From a virus (taxonomy: Duplodnaviria > Caudoviricetes), in IMG/VR virus record IMGVR_UViG_3300046514_000337, positions 1,423 to 65,422 of that record: a stretch of DNA of 64,000 nt, one strand, 5' to 3'. The notes beneath the pieces are model-generated. The model worked only from the letters and a program-made list of their open reading frames with translations, had not been told where the DNA came from and ran no database searches. Position numbers and translations under genes: made by a program. Positions 28,101 to 35,682 of this stretch are shown here, piece by piece. Numbering within the stretch: position 1 is the first letter of the stretch; every line of letters starts with the position of its first letter.

Positions 28101-28993
28101 GCCGGCCCCGATGGGTGCCCCGCAAGACGGCTCACAACAGCATGCCCCGCCGCAGGAATCGCCGTCGTCACCGCGGCGTTCAGCGCCGCTTCAGACATCC
28201 CCTCCGTGACCGGCTTACCCTGCTCGACGTTCTCCACACCGCGCTGCGCCACCGCTGCGCCGGGTTGAGCGACGAACGCCTGGAACAGAATGTCCTTCGC
28301 CGCCTGCTTGAACGGAGCCCAGCCGAACAGCGCCCACGATGCGCCCGTGAACGCGCCTTCCTGTCCGGCACGCAACAGCGCCCGATCGAAGGCACCGTTC
28401 GGATCGCCGCCCTTCGCCGTTTCCTCCGCAAGATACGGCGCGAGCGACTGAACCGCTGACACGCCGCCGGCACCCAGTGCAGCCCCTACCAACGGCCCGA
28501 CGGGTCCGGTCGCTTCGGATGTGGTCGCGCCAGCGAGGCCGCCAGCAATGCCTCCGACCAGCGATGGCATGCTCTTCGCCAGCCCGTAAGCGATCTTCGG
28601 CGCGGCGCGCGACGGCGACAGCAAATCGCCGAATGAAAGCGGCTCCGTGTAGTAGGGCTGCGCTTCCTTTGGTGTCGACGGCGCGGTGCCTGCCATTGCC
28701 GCGGGCGCCTGCGACAGTTCCCGAACAGCGCCAGCCACGCCCGAAACAGCGGCGCGCGGAATATCGGAGAGCGACGGCTGCGGCTCCTCCGGCGGTAGAT
28801 CCTCCGCCTTCGCCACAGGGAGCGCCGCGCGCGAGGGGCGACCGCTGCCCTGCTGCGCGTAAAGGTTCCACGGCCCTTGCGCTGGAACAGCAGACGCCGC
28901 TGGGGGCGCTTGCTGATACAACGTCCATGGTCCAGCCGCTGGCGCGATTGGTGCGGCGGTATCGTCCTGTGGGGTGCTATCGAGAGGGGGCAC
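22169..28993 (-). CDS. large polyvalent internal virion/ejection protein (2274 aa)
   Basis: Last gene of the ejection block; hydrophobic Gly-rich N-terminal region; central GPKIG..FYQNL.G...VAMDLW..R domain; HEAVH...EAIAE metallopeptidase; helical C-terminal domain. Confidence 0.8.
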   Translation of the reverse strand: MPPLDSTPQDDTAAPIAPAAGPWTLYQQAPPAASAVPAQGPWNLYAQQGSGRPSRAALPVAKAEDLPPEEPQPSLSDIPRAAVSGVAGAVRELSQAPAAMAGTAPSTPKEAQPYYTEPLSFGDLLSPSRAAPKIAYGLAKSMPSLVGGIAGGLAGATTSEATGPVGPLVGAALGAGGVSAVQSLAPYLAEETAKGGDPNGAFDRALLRAGQEGAFTGASWALFGWAPFKQAAKDILFQAFVAQPGAAVAQRGVENVEQGKPVTEGMSEAALNAAVTTAIPAAGHAVVSRLAGHPSGPAPSAETPPAVPRVRTPEEIENEDGIGPEAAQRVAATEAVKQPAAAAAAIQPVERADQAARTELEQTAQAVATPPEPKPMEATPPVASVPPATAPEAVPPDQRPAMEVRSTPAVKPPSRIEQAAWDYADRVYADAMEGGVGHLEAESASHEAFAEFMEGTADFPNVAMRQPSGYENTLSNLLAEYRRASESGAEPQQAAKHAVDAFEKGVGAFRPPRAANDASIGAIGRPDPGTSLLPFLIERGGLQPHGDLRAMDAHIARPGLVRKTGMQLDYAREAAAEAGFLPMDSTIGDFLDLVSRELKGQKQYGNHLPEQITPGVDVTGREEARREALTEDVRMAADDAGVQLGGATLDHAVQLAQYGMPVAQAIHEATRFGSNVEDVPFGRRLPVPPQSGAPLLGERSPQQIRQELTDADAAFRAGEPSYQQTLADYRSRKIGDDEYLTARKARDALMARYDRAYEAVQILPPERATAQTAEPTIRNDPRQLGLLGTEPSAVQAQAARDQAGPRGGQKPADEGLFAPKETEQNPLFGRRGFAGANPVGVRQQLERNLSSLDLLDPRYPAMPLRSVAVPTVGRQLMERGQSALRMLGIRSGKIEGPAPHTDELLSRSLASEAKAALQRAWGTGGSGFDWYTRKVRQAMAAATTIHPEIETDPNARMGFTAALAITSQGETVPLNVRLAEPAYAYFKENGRFPTDIKAKKAAAMNRNFAKLNALMDAHEQIAPGRGVDGLRDFLSRDFTVRELTAMGHKIGGENLDTAVKGSAILGPKIGQGFYQNLNGNYNPVAMDLWFMRTWGRLTGTLVGLSPEVVAKQQERLRTEMALNQMKVPQTTPGLLKEANRIFDAHEKHFNANREDYNSGKYTKSELVLAAERVVAGKDGLNETPKSGAQRQWIRERVARTRELLAQEGINLTNADLQAILWYPEKELYGKLGGRDSEGINVDYATAISDLARSKGVPEDAIARAVGSLDQRPGPGGEADVGRGDQGVRPEGGGVHEGAPEFGRREPTAADERPHPEAVRAAVETAQRIAGKSVRIETYDAAHDAFRVRFPDGHEEQVFGYTLGRLIRAAIEPERTAWNLNHEAVHALEALGVFKPGEMKALEAAAQRGNWAEQHRIAERYPEQTPQQQMREAIAEEFARYSTTPKATVPIIQRLGAKITQFFDRLRNALAGRGFRTAEDVFGAMQRGEIGAREPAAHAPSLAESQAAAQRFETAQGRRPAPEAQMGRREKELPLAAAAKDRLGFAKRVADEVKQLFSPTSRGPQAKSTEHLIRASSAERAQANARSTDALERFGHMIARLPEAEQLAITDRRERGEAQPTPELNQVIDALRQQQGQWAQKIRSLGPEYLKTLRENYMGHIWANYPEWKAGIEAEEAAAQARGEGIAQAQARGKSPLKGSGAFLKQRTFDTQREGMDAGLIPVTKNPIEMQLLKLYEMQRFYHGVKLAEDIKNSGLAHWVPYNDEGAARASGYAKLDDTAFQPRVTEPGEYGRKEYGNWWAPEQVARVFNNYVSRGLAGHSSIYDAVRGAGNALNSAQLSFSGFHATFIAFDTMMSKLALGIQQLSRGEPIRGLGTMAKGLSPTTIFSTVARGSALREAYLHPENASPEMRRLVQALVKGGGRIAMDPFYRSTAAGSFIKNMGDLKNPSGILHDAWQMAKDTPIAAPLRIVGRFIDTLNQPLMGVMVPRAKLGVFSELASDFLRRNPEATDEQFAAAMTKAWDSVDNRMGQLVYDNLFWNKVSKDLAFITTRSVGWNLGSVREIGGGGVDAVKAVGDMVRGRKPELTNRMAYVIAMPIITGMYGALLNYAMTGQGPQSLLDYFYPRTGSETQPGVPDRTTLPGYIKDVMAFKNDPLGTIGNKTQPLFETGIELGKNRDYYGGIINMPGVDNPMVSYPEYLLNQAIPFSWRGWLKTWEAGASSLTQALNFFGIQPAPQSITNPQRGEAYQQRQDIRALRARMKENAKGRITMGAPP

Positions 28994-28996
28994 TGC

Positions 28997-31900
28997 CTAC
29001 GGCCCCGCTGGCGCCCACGAAGTCTGCACGCTCGGATCGCCGCCGAGGAACTTGAAGCCCTGCACCACATCGCCGACTTTCGGTGCAGGTGGCGGCGCCG
29101 GAGCACCGCTCGGCTGGTTCAGTCCACGCGCCGTCTCCCCTGCCGCATGTGCCTGTGCCGGCGTCAGTTGCGGTTTGCCCATCAGGTCTTTGTAGTTTTC
29201 TTTCAGGTCCTGATCGGTCATCCGCAAGATGCGATCCTGCTCAGCCTTGTCCTTTGCCTGAGCTAATGCGGCCTTCCGTAGTGCGATATTCTGTGCTGCC
29301 ACGTCGCTGCGCGCCGCCTGATCCGGCTTCATGTTGATCGGCTGATCGCCCGATTTCATCGTGCCGGTGCGAGTGTCCATGAACAGCGGCATTCCCTGCC
29401 CATCTGTCCCGACGTAACTGAAGTGCCCGTTTTCAGCCCGCGTCGATGCTGCCTGCGCTGCGAGGTGCGCAGCATACGCTTGATCGCGCGCCGCCATTGA
29501 CTGAACGCGCTGCCCGTAGATGTCCGTGCGGTTCTCCGCATTGTGCGCCATCTGCTGCCGATACTGATCCAACTCCTGCTGCTTGAGCTGGTTGTATTCC
29601 AACTGCTGCTGCCGTAGCTTCTGGTTCTGCGCCCAGGTCAGCCCCTCGAGCGCGCCGTGGCCAATGTTGACGCTGGCATACGGTGACGACCCGCTCAGAA
29701 TACCGAGTCCCGCCGCCATCAGCGCCGCGCCCGGCGTTTGCGTCCAGTCTCCGGTGCCATGCGTACTCGGCGGCCCAAGCGCTCCGTGCGGGGCCGGCGC
29801 GGCTTCCTGCGCATCCTGCGCTGCCGTCACCTGATGCGCTGGTGGAGGCCCAAGCGCCCCATTGCCCGCCGCAGCAGGGCCGCCCGCAACGCTCGTGCCC
29901 ATCGGCTGCGTTATGTCGATGCCTGGCATTGCCGCTTGCAGCGCCTTGACTGTGCGCGGGTCCCATCGCTGCACCGGGATAATGTCGGCTACCATCGTCT
30001 GCGTGTCTTTATCAGCATCGTCAGCGGTGGGGTATTTGCGCAGATCGACGCCAGCCTTCGGGGCGAAATCGCGCCAGGTGCCGTCTGTAATCTGGTAGAA
30101 GCCGCGAGCGCGGCCCGAACTTGTCATGGGACCAGCGCCGTGCTCGCGGCCTGAATTTTCGGCAGCCCCAGTAACATCATGCACGATGTCGAGCGGCCCA
30201 CGGGGCGCACCCAGTACGTTGCCAGCCGAGGCGCCTGGCATCATTAGCGGAGCCTGCGGCGGCCCGAGGGCAGTGGCAGGTTGAGGAGCCGACGGCGGAA
30301 ACATCCTTGCCCCAGAGTAGGTATCCGGCACGGAGTTTGGATTGCGCAACCCGGCGGTTTCGCTCGCAATGTCAAAGTGCGCAGGCAAGTCTAAGGCTGC
30401 ATCAGGCATCGACTCCGGTGGGGGGGCCTGCATATGCTGCCACGCACCGCGAGCACGGCTACCAACCGCTCCCAACGCGCGCGCCATCGGACTGTCCGGT
30501 GCAATGAAAGGCTCCGCTCCAGCATCGCTCGGCCCACCGTAATCGTCATCTGCGACGCCACCGCTCGCCATCCCCATACCCGGCAAGCCGCCCAGCCCCT
30601 GCATCATCGGCTGAGGCTGCTGCGCGAGCGCCGGATCGCTCTGCGGCATCATCTGGCGCCGCCGCAGCACCGCCTGCACCAGCCCGCCCTGCTGCGAGCC
30701 AGGCGGTACACGCGCCTGCAACTCGCGCAGCTTCTCCGTCGGCATCGAGGACAGTTGGTTCAGCGCGTTCCCGTACATCGGGTTGCCAGAGCCGAGCCCC
30801 GCCTGCGATACCGGCGACAGGCCCGGCGTCGGCCCGAGGGCTAGCGGCAGCGCACCGCCGTCGTCGTAGCCGATCGGGCCGCCGAGTGCGCGATGTGGGA
30901 TGCGTCCGCCGCGAGCGCCGCCAGTATAGTACCACCCGGTATCCGCAGCACCCGTCGCACCCGCAAGGCCGGTGTCTATTGCGTTGCCGCCAGAGCCACC
31001 GAACCAGTTCCCCATCCCGTTAAACGCACCGCTGTTGTACAGCCCCAGCCCTGTCAGCCCGAGCCCCGCGGCCTGGCTAGCGATCGATGGCCCCGGCGTC
31101 GTCGTACTGCCCGAACTACCCGCGCCGTCCGCACCCGTCGCCAGCCCCAACTCGAAATTGCTGATCTGATACGGGAACGCCTGCGCCTGCTGAAACTGCT
31201 GATACGGCACGTTCAGTTGCTGCTGCGCCAGCCCCTGCATCTGGTTGCCGATGCCCAACTGCGCATTGGCCCCGCTCAGCCCGAGGCCCTGCGCCTCCTG
31301 CCCCAGGTTCGCCATCCCGAACGCGCCCTGCGACGCCAGCCACGCATTCGCCTCCTGCGAGGACAGCCCCGTGCCGAGCGCGCTCTGATAGGCAGCTTGT
31401 CCTATGTTTCCGAGTTGCCCGAGTGAACCGGCCGCGCCCAGCCCCAACTGCGCATTGGTCGTGCCAGTCTGCATCGCCGCGCCGAGCGCCTGCCCGTAGC
31501 CAGACTGCAGCACGTTCGCGAGCGAAGCATTGTTGGCGAGATCCTGTTGACCCGCGAGCGTCGATTGCGCGATGGCCGCCCGGTCGCCGCCGAACGCGCC
31601 AGCACCGACAGCCGAGCCAACAAGTTGCTGCTGCTGGATGGCATCGTTTTGCTTTTGCAGCGCTTGCAGCGAGGACGTGACGTTCTGCGTGTACGGCGAC
31701 ATGAAATTCTGCACGCCGAACTGGCCGCCGAGCGGATTCATGCCCTGCCCAGCCGTAGTCGCGAACTGCGATGCCGGCCCTAAGTAGCCTTGCAGTGCCG
31801 GATTGGAATACTGTCCTACGGTGGACGCCGGGTTGACGCCGGAGGTGCTCGCGTTAATGAGGTTCGCGGCTTGGCCTAGGTATGGCTGCGCGAGGCTAGA

Positions 31901-32155
31901 GGCGGCGTTGATGTTTCCAAATGCCGCCTGTTGCTCGGGGTTGAAGCCAGCAACGAGGGGGCTGTTGTACGTGGGATATGGAGCCTGAGCTACGTTAGTC
32001 CCGGTGTTAATGGCTGTCTGGTACGCTGCCTGGGCAAGTGGGTTCGGCGTCGTCGTCTGGGTGACAGTCGAGTTATTGCCACCACCCTTACTTCCAAACA
32101 GGAGAATAGAAGCGCGGTCTAGATATCTCGCAAAGCCTGTGTTACTCTGGCTCAT
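28997..32155 (-). CDS. ejection (DNA transfer/pilot) protein with lysozyme/transglycosylase-like domain
   Basis: GSKGGG..TVTQTT N-terminus; Q/G/A-rich; AENSG...ARGFYQITDGTW motif. Confidence 0.75.
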   Translation of the reverse strand: MSQSNTGFARYLDRASILLFGSKGGGNNSTVTQTTTPNPLAQAAYQTAINTGTNVAQAPYPTYNSPLVAGFNPEQQAAFGNINAASSLAQPYLGQAANLINASTSGVNPASTVGQYSNPALQGYLGPASQFATTAGQGMNPLGGQFGVQNFMSPYTQNVTSSLQALQKQNDAIQQQQLVGSAVGAGAFGGDRAAIAQSTLAGQQDLANNASLANVLQSGYGQALGAAMQTGTTNAQLGLGAAGSLGQLGNIGQAAYQSALGTGLSSQEANAWLASQGAFGMANLGQEAQGLGLSGANAQLGIGNQMQGLAQQQLNVPYQQFQQAQAFPYQISNFELGLATGADGAGSSGSTTTPGPSIASQAAGLGLTGLGLYNSGAFNGMGNWFGGSGGNAIDTGLAGATGAADTGWYYTGGARGGRIPHRALGGPIGYDDGGALPLALGPTPGLSPVSQAGLGSGNPMYGNALNQLSSMPTEKLRELQARVPPGSQQGGLVQAVLRRRQMMPQSDPALAQQPQPMMQGLGGLPGMGMASGGVADDDYGGPSDAGAEPFIAPDSPMARALGAVGSRARGAWQHMQAPPPESMPDAALDLPAHFDIASETAGLRNPNSVPDTYSGARMFPPSAPQPATALGPPQAPLMMPGASAGNVLGAPRGPLDIVHDVTGAAENSGREHGAGPMTSSGRARGFYQITDGTWRDFAPKAGVDLRKYPTADDADKDTQTMVADIIPVQRWDPRTVKALQAAMPGIDITQPMGTSVAGGPAAAGNGALGPPPAHQVTAAQDAQEAAPAPHGALGPPSTHGTGDWTQTPGAALMAAGLGILSGSSPYASVNIGHGALEGLTWAQNQKLRQQQLEYNQLKQQELDQYRQQMAHNAENRTDIYGQRVQSMAARDQAYAAHLAAQAASTRAENGHFSYVGTDGQGMPLFMDTRTGTMKSGDQPINMKPDQAARSDVAAQNIALRKAALAQAKDKAEQDRILRMTDQDLKENYKDLMGKPQLTPAQAHAAGETARGLNQPSGAPAPPPAPKVGDVVQGFKFLGGDPSVQTSWAPAGP

Positions 32156-32181
32156 CGCCGTCCCACCGTAGAGGCAATGGC

Positions 32182-32700
32182 ATGCTCACCGCCGAAAGGC
32201 TGCGGGAAGTTATTCGATATGACCCGGAGAGCGGACTCATTTATCCGCTGCAGCAACCAAATCGCCCAAAACGAAATGACCTTGGACGCTCCGTAGGAAG
32301 AATGAGCGTTCATGGCTACGTCAGGCACAAAATCGAAGGCAAAGACCGCTGGGTTCACCGCTTGGCGTGGCTTTATATGACCGGAGAATGGCCGGCCGCT
32401 GAGGTCGATCACGTTAACGGCGTTAGACACGACAACAGATGGGGCAATTTGCGAGCCGCTACCAAAGCGGAAAATGCTAAGAATAATAGAGGCAAATCGG
32501 TAAATGGGTACCTTAAGGGCACCTATCCGCACTATCGCAAATGGTCCGCCGCGTTGCGGGTTAATGGCAAGCGCTTGTTGCTGGGCTATTTTGCTACCGA
32601 GATTGAGGCACATAACGCCTATATGGAGGCAGCGAGAAAACACTACGGAGTCTTCGCCACACGCGGGAAGGTGGCAAATCAGCGCGGCATTCATGACTGA
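32182..32700 (+). CDS. HNH homing endonuclease with AP2-like C-terminus, antisense to the late operon
   Basis: LTAERLRE..YDPESG; HRLAWLYMTGEWP..EVDHVNG.RHDNRWGNLR; LGYFAT..EAH.AY. Confidence 0.92.
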   Translation: MLTAERLREVIRYDPESGLIYPLQQPNRPKRNDLGRSVGRMSVHGYVRHKIEGKDRWVHRLAWLYMTGEWPAAEVDHVNGVRHDNRWGNLRAATKAENAKNNRGKSVNGYLKGTYPHYRKWSAALRVNGKRLLLGYFATEIEAHNAYMEAARKHYGVFATRGKVANQRGIHD

Positions 32701-33089
32701 ATGTCCCTCATCATTACGAGGCCGTACCTCGTCCATCCACGCTTAGCTAAAAACGGCTCCCATCCTTCGCGTCCGCACTCCGTCAGCGCCGTGCAGCCCT
32801 GTTGGCGCGCGAACTCCTCCATCTGGGGAATGAGGGAAAGGCAAGCGTCCAGTTCGCCGATCGCAAGCCAGATGTTCATCACCTTGCGGCGGGGATAAAC
32901 CGTAACTTCGGTGATGCACGCGCCCCTGTCATCACCGAAGAACTGCGCAGCGCCGCGCTGGATCATGGCGATGATGTCGCCGACTGTGTGTGTGTCGCCC
33001 GCGCGGCGAAGGGCACGGAGCAGCGGCGTCCGAAGCGCCAGAAGCGCGTCGATCCGCGGATCGGTCTGGAATGCGACGGCTTCGCTCAC
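32691..33089 (-). CDS. GNAT-like virion assembly protein
   Basis: CITEV..YPR..NIWLAIGEL...EEFARQQGC......GREGW; located before the ejection genes. Confidence 0.7.
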   Translation of the reverse strand: MSEAVAFQTDPRIDALLALRTPLLRALRRAGDTHTVGDIIAMIQRGAAQFFGDDRGACITEVTVYPRRKVMNIWLAIGELDACLSLIPQMEEFARQQGCTALTECGREGWEPFLAKRGWTRYGLVMMRDIQS

Positions 33090-33544
33090 GCCGCCCTCAC
33101 CAGAAACATCGAGCCGGCCCGTGCCCCGTTCTTGGCGAACAGGCGCGATTTGCCGCCGTCCCCATCGGTCCAGTCCATCAGGTAAACGCGCAGCCCCAAC
33201 TGTGCGCCGAACCAGTCCGAGAACTTCACCAGATCGGCGGCGTGGCTGGACTTCCGGTGGTCAGAATGCACGTGGCCTCCGAAGAACGACATCACCGCGT
33301 AGTCGTCCGAATACCACCAATTTTGGATATGAAGTCCAATAGCGGCAACGACAATATTGCCCTCTTTGATTATCCCAAACACGGGATTCACCCGCTTGGT
33401 GATGGCGTTCGTGACCGTGTTCCACACCTTCTCAGTGTTCACCGGCGCGTGCCGCATTTCCTCGTGCGCGGAGATGCAGAACGTGTAGAGCGCGTCGGCA
33501 TCCGCCTCGGTGGCGATTTTCACGCTGGTTGGACACGCGATCAT
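33086..33544 (-). CDS. GNAT-like protein
   Basis: VKIATEAD start; WWYSD...HVHSDHRKS..A..L motif. Confidence 0.65.
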   Translation of the reverse strand: MIACPTSVKIATEADADALYTFCISAHEEMRHAPVNTEKVWNTVTNAITKRVNPVFGIIKEGNIVVAAIGLHIQNWWYSDDYAVMSFFGGHVHSDHRKSSHAADLVKFSDWFGAQLGLRVYLMDWTDGDGGKSRLFAKNGARAGSMFLVRAA

Positions 33545-35166
33545 TTCTGCGGCCCCGGCAAACGCTTAATGACAGAAATGTTATGTTTTCGGAACTTCAC
33601 GATGAAATCGTCGAGGAGCGCATGGCCGTGCTCTAAACTCTTGCCAGAGAGCTTCATCACTTCCTCCGGGGACACTATTCGCTCTCCCCCGGCCACGATT
33701 ACAGGGACGAGCCCCTTCGTTCGCCCGCCGCGCGAGAAGTGGTGCGCTCCGACCATGCGTGGCGCTGACGGTGGCCGAGGTAGCGTGCCGTGCAGCTTAG
33801 GCATCGGCAACGAGGTCCCGAACGGCCCCTGATGGATCATCGCATCAAACTGATGCGCGCCAGAAGCGGTGTTTCCCTGTCCCATGCCGGACATTATGTC
33901 AGCAGGCATAACATAGCTGCCATGTGGCAGCGAAAGCGGGATGTGATCGCTCCGCCCCCCTATGGGGCTATTAATCAGCCCCGACGGGTGTTCCGTGTTC
34001 CGCGCCTCGTTGCGCTCAAACCATGGTGCGGCCTGTCCCATCGGCATCATGCCGCCGCCGTTCGCGCGCTTTTTGATCCGGCCACCGCGGGCCTGACCGC
34101 CGCCCGTGATGTCGCCCATACCCTGGCCGCTCTCAAGGCCAGCGCCCAGCGCGTTAATTCCCAGGTCGCCAGCCACGGCCTGCGCGCCTGGATCCTGCGA
34201 CGTGCCTGGGTCAAATCCCCCAATTGCGCCGCCGATGCCCCCCCCCACCAACGAACCCAATGGTCCGAGCCCCAAGACAGAGCCAATCCCGGCGCCTATC
34301 TTTGCTCCAGTGCCAGAAAAGCCAAACGACGGTCCCTGGCCGCCGATGATATCTACCACCGATGGGTTGCCACCCCCGACCCCCGCATTGACGCCGCCGA
34401 CCTCGGCGTTCCCCGCGCCCTCCGGCCCGCTCCCGGGTTGCCCGGCTTGTCCAGACGGCTGCGCACTGGCGGCTGGCGCCCCCGCCTGCTGCCCCCCGAT
34501 ATTCAGCCCCCGCTGCGCCAGCGTCCGTAGCGCTGCCTGTGTCCCTGGCGTCAGCGCCCCCGTCATCGGATCGAGGCTGAAGTCACCCGTCTGCGGGGTG
34601 TTCATAAAGCCAGCGGAGTTGATGCCCATGTCGCTGGGCACCTGCGGGCTGTAGCGCGGCAGGTTCGCGAGGTTCACGGGGCTACCGGCGGTGCCGGCCA
34701 GATAGGACGGAGCCTGCGGGAGAGGTCCGGCAGGCGACTGTCCCGCTGGCGACTGCCCCGAGGAACCGCCTGGCGGGGCAAACACGTCCCGCGCATACTG
34801 CTGGGCCCCCGCATGGGCTGCGGCGATGGCATCGTAGCCGGCCTGGATCGCATCACTCTGGCTGACACCACCGCCGCCAGCAGGCGACTGCCCCGACGGA
34901 GTGCCCGTACCGAAAACCCCCTGCGCATACTGCTGCGCCCCTGTACGGGCTGCAGCAATGGCATCGAAGGCAGCCTGCATAGGATCGCTCTGGCCGACTC
35001 CACCGCCCGCGGCACGCTTCTTCACCCGCGCGTTCGCTGTGGCGATGGCCAGGCCCTCGTCGCCTGTCCGCTTCAGGATGGCGTTGGCAATGCGCGCCGC
35101 GTGCGCCGACTGCCCTGGGGAGAGCGCTCGGTTGTGCTTTCGGAAGCTGGCTTGGTCCCAAGGCAT
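33541..35166 (-). CDS. putative internal virion protein with ChaB/YdaT-like N-terminus and a GRSDHIP...GSYV domain
   Basis: MPW...ARIANAIL..GDEGLAIATAN; ~44-aa tandem repeat; C-terminal GGRSDHIPLSLPHGSYVMPAD and VAGGERIVSPEEV. Confidence 0.65.
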   Translation of the reverse strand: MPWDQASFRKHNRALSPGQSAHAARIANAILKRTGDEGLAIATANARVKKRAAGGGVGQSDPMQAAFDAIAAARTGAQQYAQGVFGTGTPSGQSPAGGGGVSQSDAIQAGYDAIAAAHAGAQQYARDVFAPPGGSSGQSPAGQSPAGPLPQAPSYLAGTAGSPVNLANLPRYSPQVPSDMGINSAGFMNTPQTGDFSLDPMTGALTPGTQAALRTLAQRGLNIGGQQAGAPAASAQPSGQAGQPGSGPEGAGNAEVGGVNAGVGGGNPSVVDIIGGQGPSFGFSGTGAKIGAGIGSVLGLGPLGSLVGGGIGGAIGGFDPGTSQDPGAQAVAGDLGINALGAGLESGQGMGDITGGGQARGGRIKKRANGGGMMPMGQAAPWFERNEARNTEHPSGLINSPIGGRSDHIPLSLPHGSYVMPADIMSGMGQGNTASGAHQFDAMIHQGPFGTSLPMPKLHGTLPRPPSAPRMVGAHHFSRGGRTKGLVPVIVAGGERIVSPEEVMKLSGKSLEHGHALLDDFIVKFRKHNISVIKRLPGPQK

Positions 35167-35229
35167 TACCGCCGCTCCTTCACGCAGCGCCGGAAGGATA
35201 GCGGGTTATCCCCCGTTTTTCCAGCGGTC

Positions 35230-35682
35230 TTATTTTAGATACCATATCGTCGCCACGACCGACGCGCTGCCCCATGCCGCCGAGGCCACGTAAACGGTCT
35301 GCGGAGCCGTCCACGCCTGGAGCAGGAACGCGCTCACCGGCACGATCGAGTTGGCCGCCACGGCCGTCGCACCCAGGATCTGTGCCCCACCCGGTGACGT
35401 GCCGAGCGACACGCTGACGTTGTGTCCCGCCGTCTCGCGCAGCGTCACGGCGATAATGATGGCGTTGGCCGGGATCGTGTCGAGCGCCCCGTTCGCGCCG
35501 AACGCGCCAGATGCTTTGTCGATCGGGGAGTTCGCCTCGTCGATTGCGGCATCGGCCGCAAAGGAGCGCTCGATCTGCGCCATGGCGTTGTTGAACGTAC
35601 TGGCGTCTACCTGCGGCCCGCGGGCACGCGGATATGGCGGTGCCGAAAGAATGCCGCTTCTACCTTTGACACTCCCGCTCAT
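35230..35682 (-). CDS. tail-associated hypothetical protein
   Basis: Coupled to the tail tubular gene; C-terminal beta sandwich. Confidence 0.6.
   Translation of the reverse strand: MSGSVKGRSGILSAPPYPRARGPQVDASTFNNAMAQIERSFAADAAIDEANSPIDKASGAFGANGALDTIPANAIIIAVTLRETAGHNVSVSLGTSPGGAQILGATAVAANSIVPVSAFLLQAWTAPQTVYVASAAWGSASVVATIWYLK

Noticed and set aside
28997-32155. Lysozyme-like domain as the missing endolysin
   Set aside because: It is embedded in an ejection protein, so it is more likely an entry-associated muralytic domain
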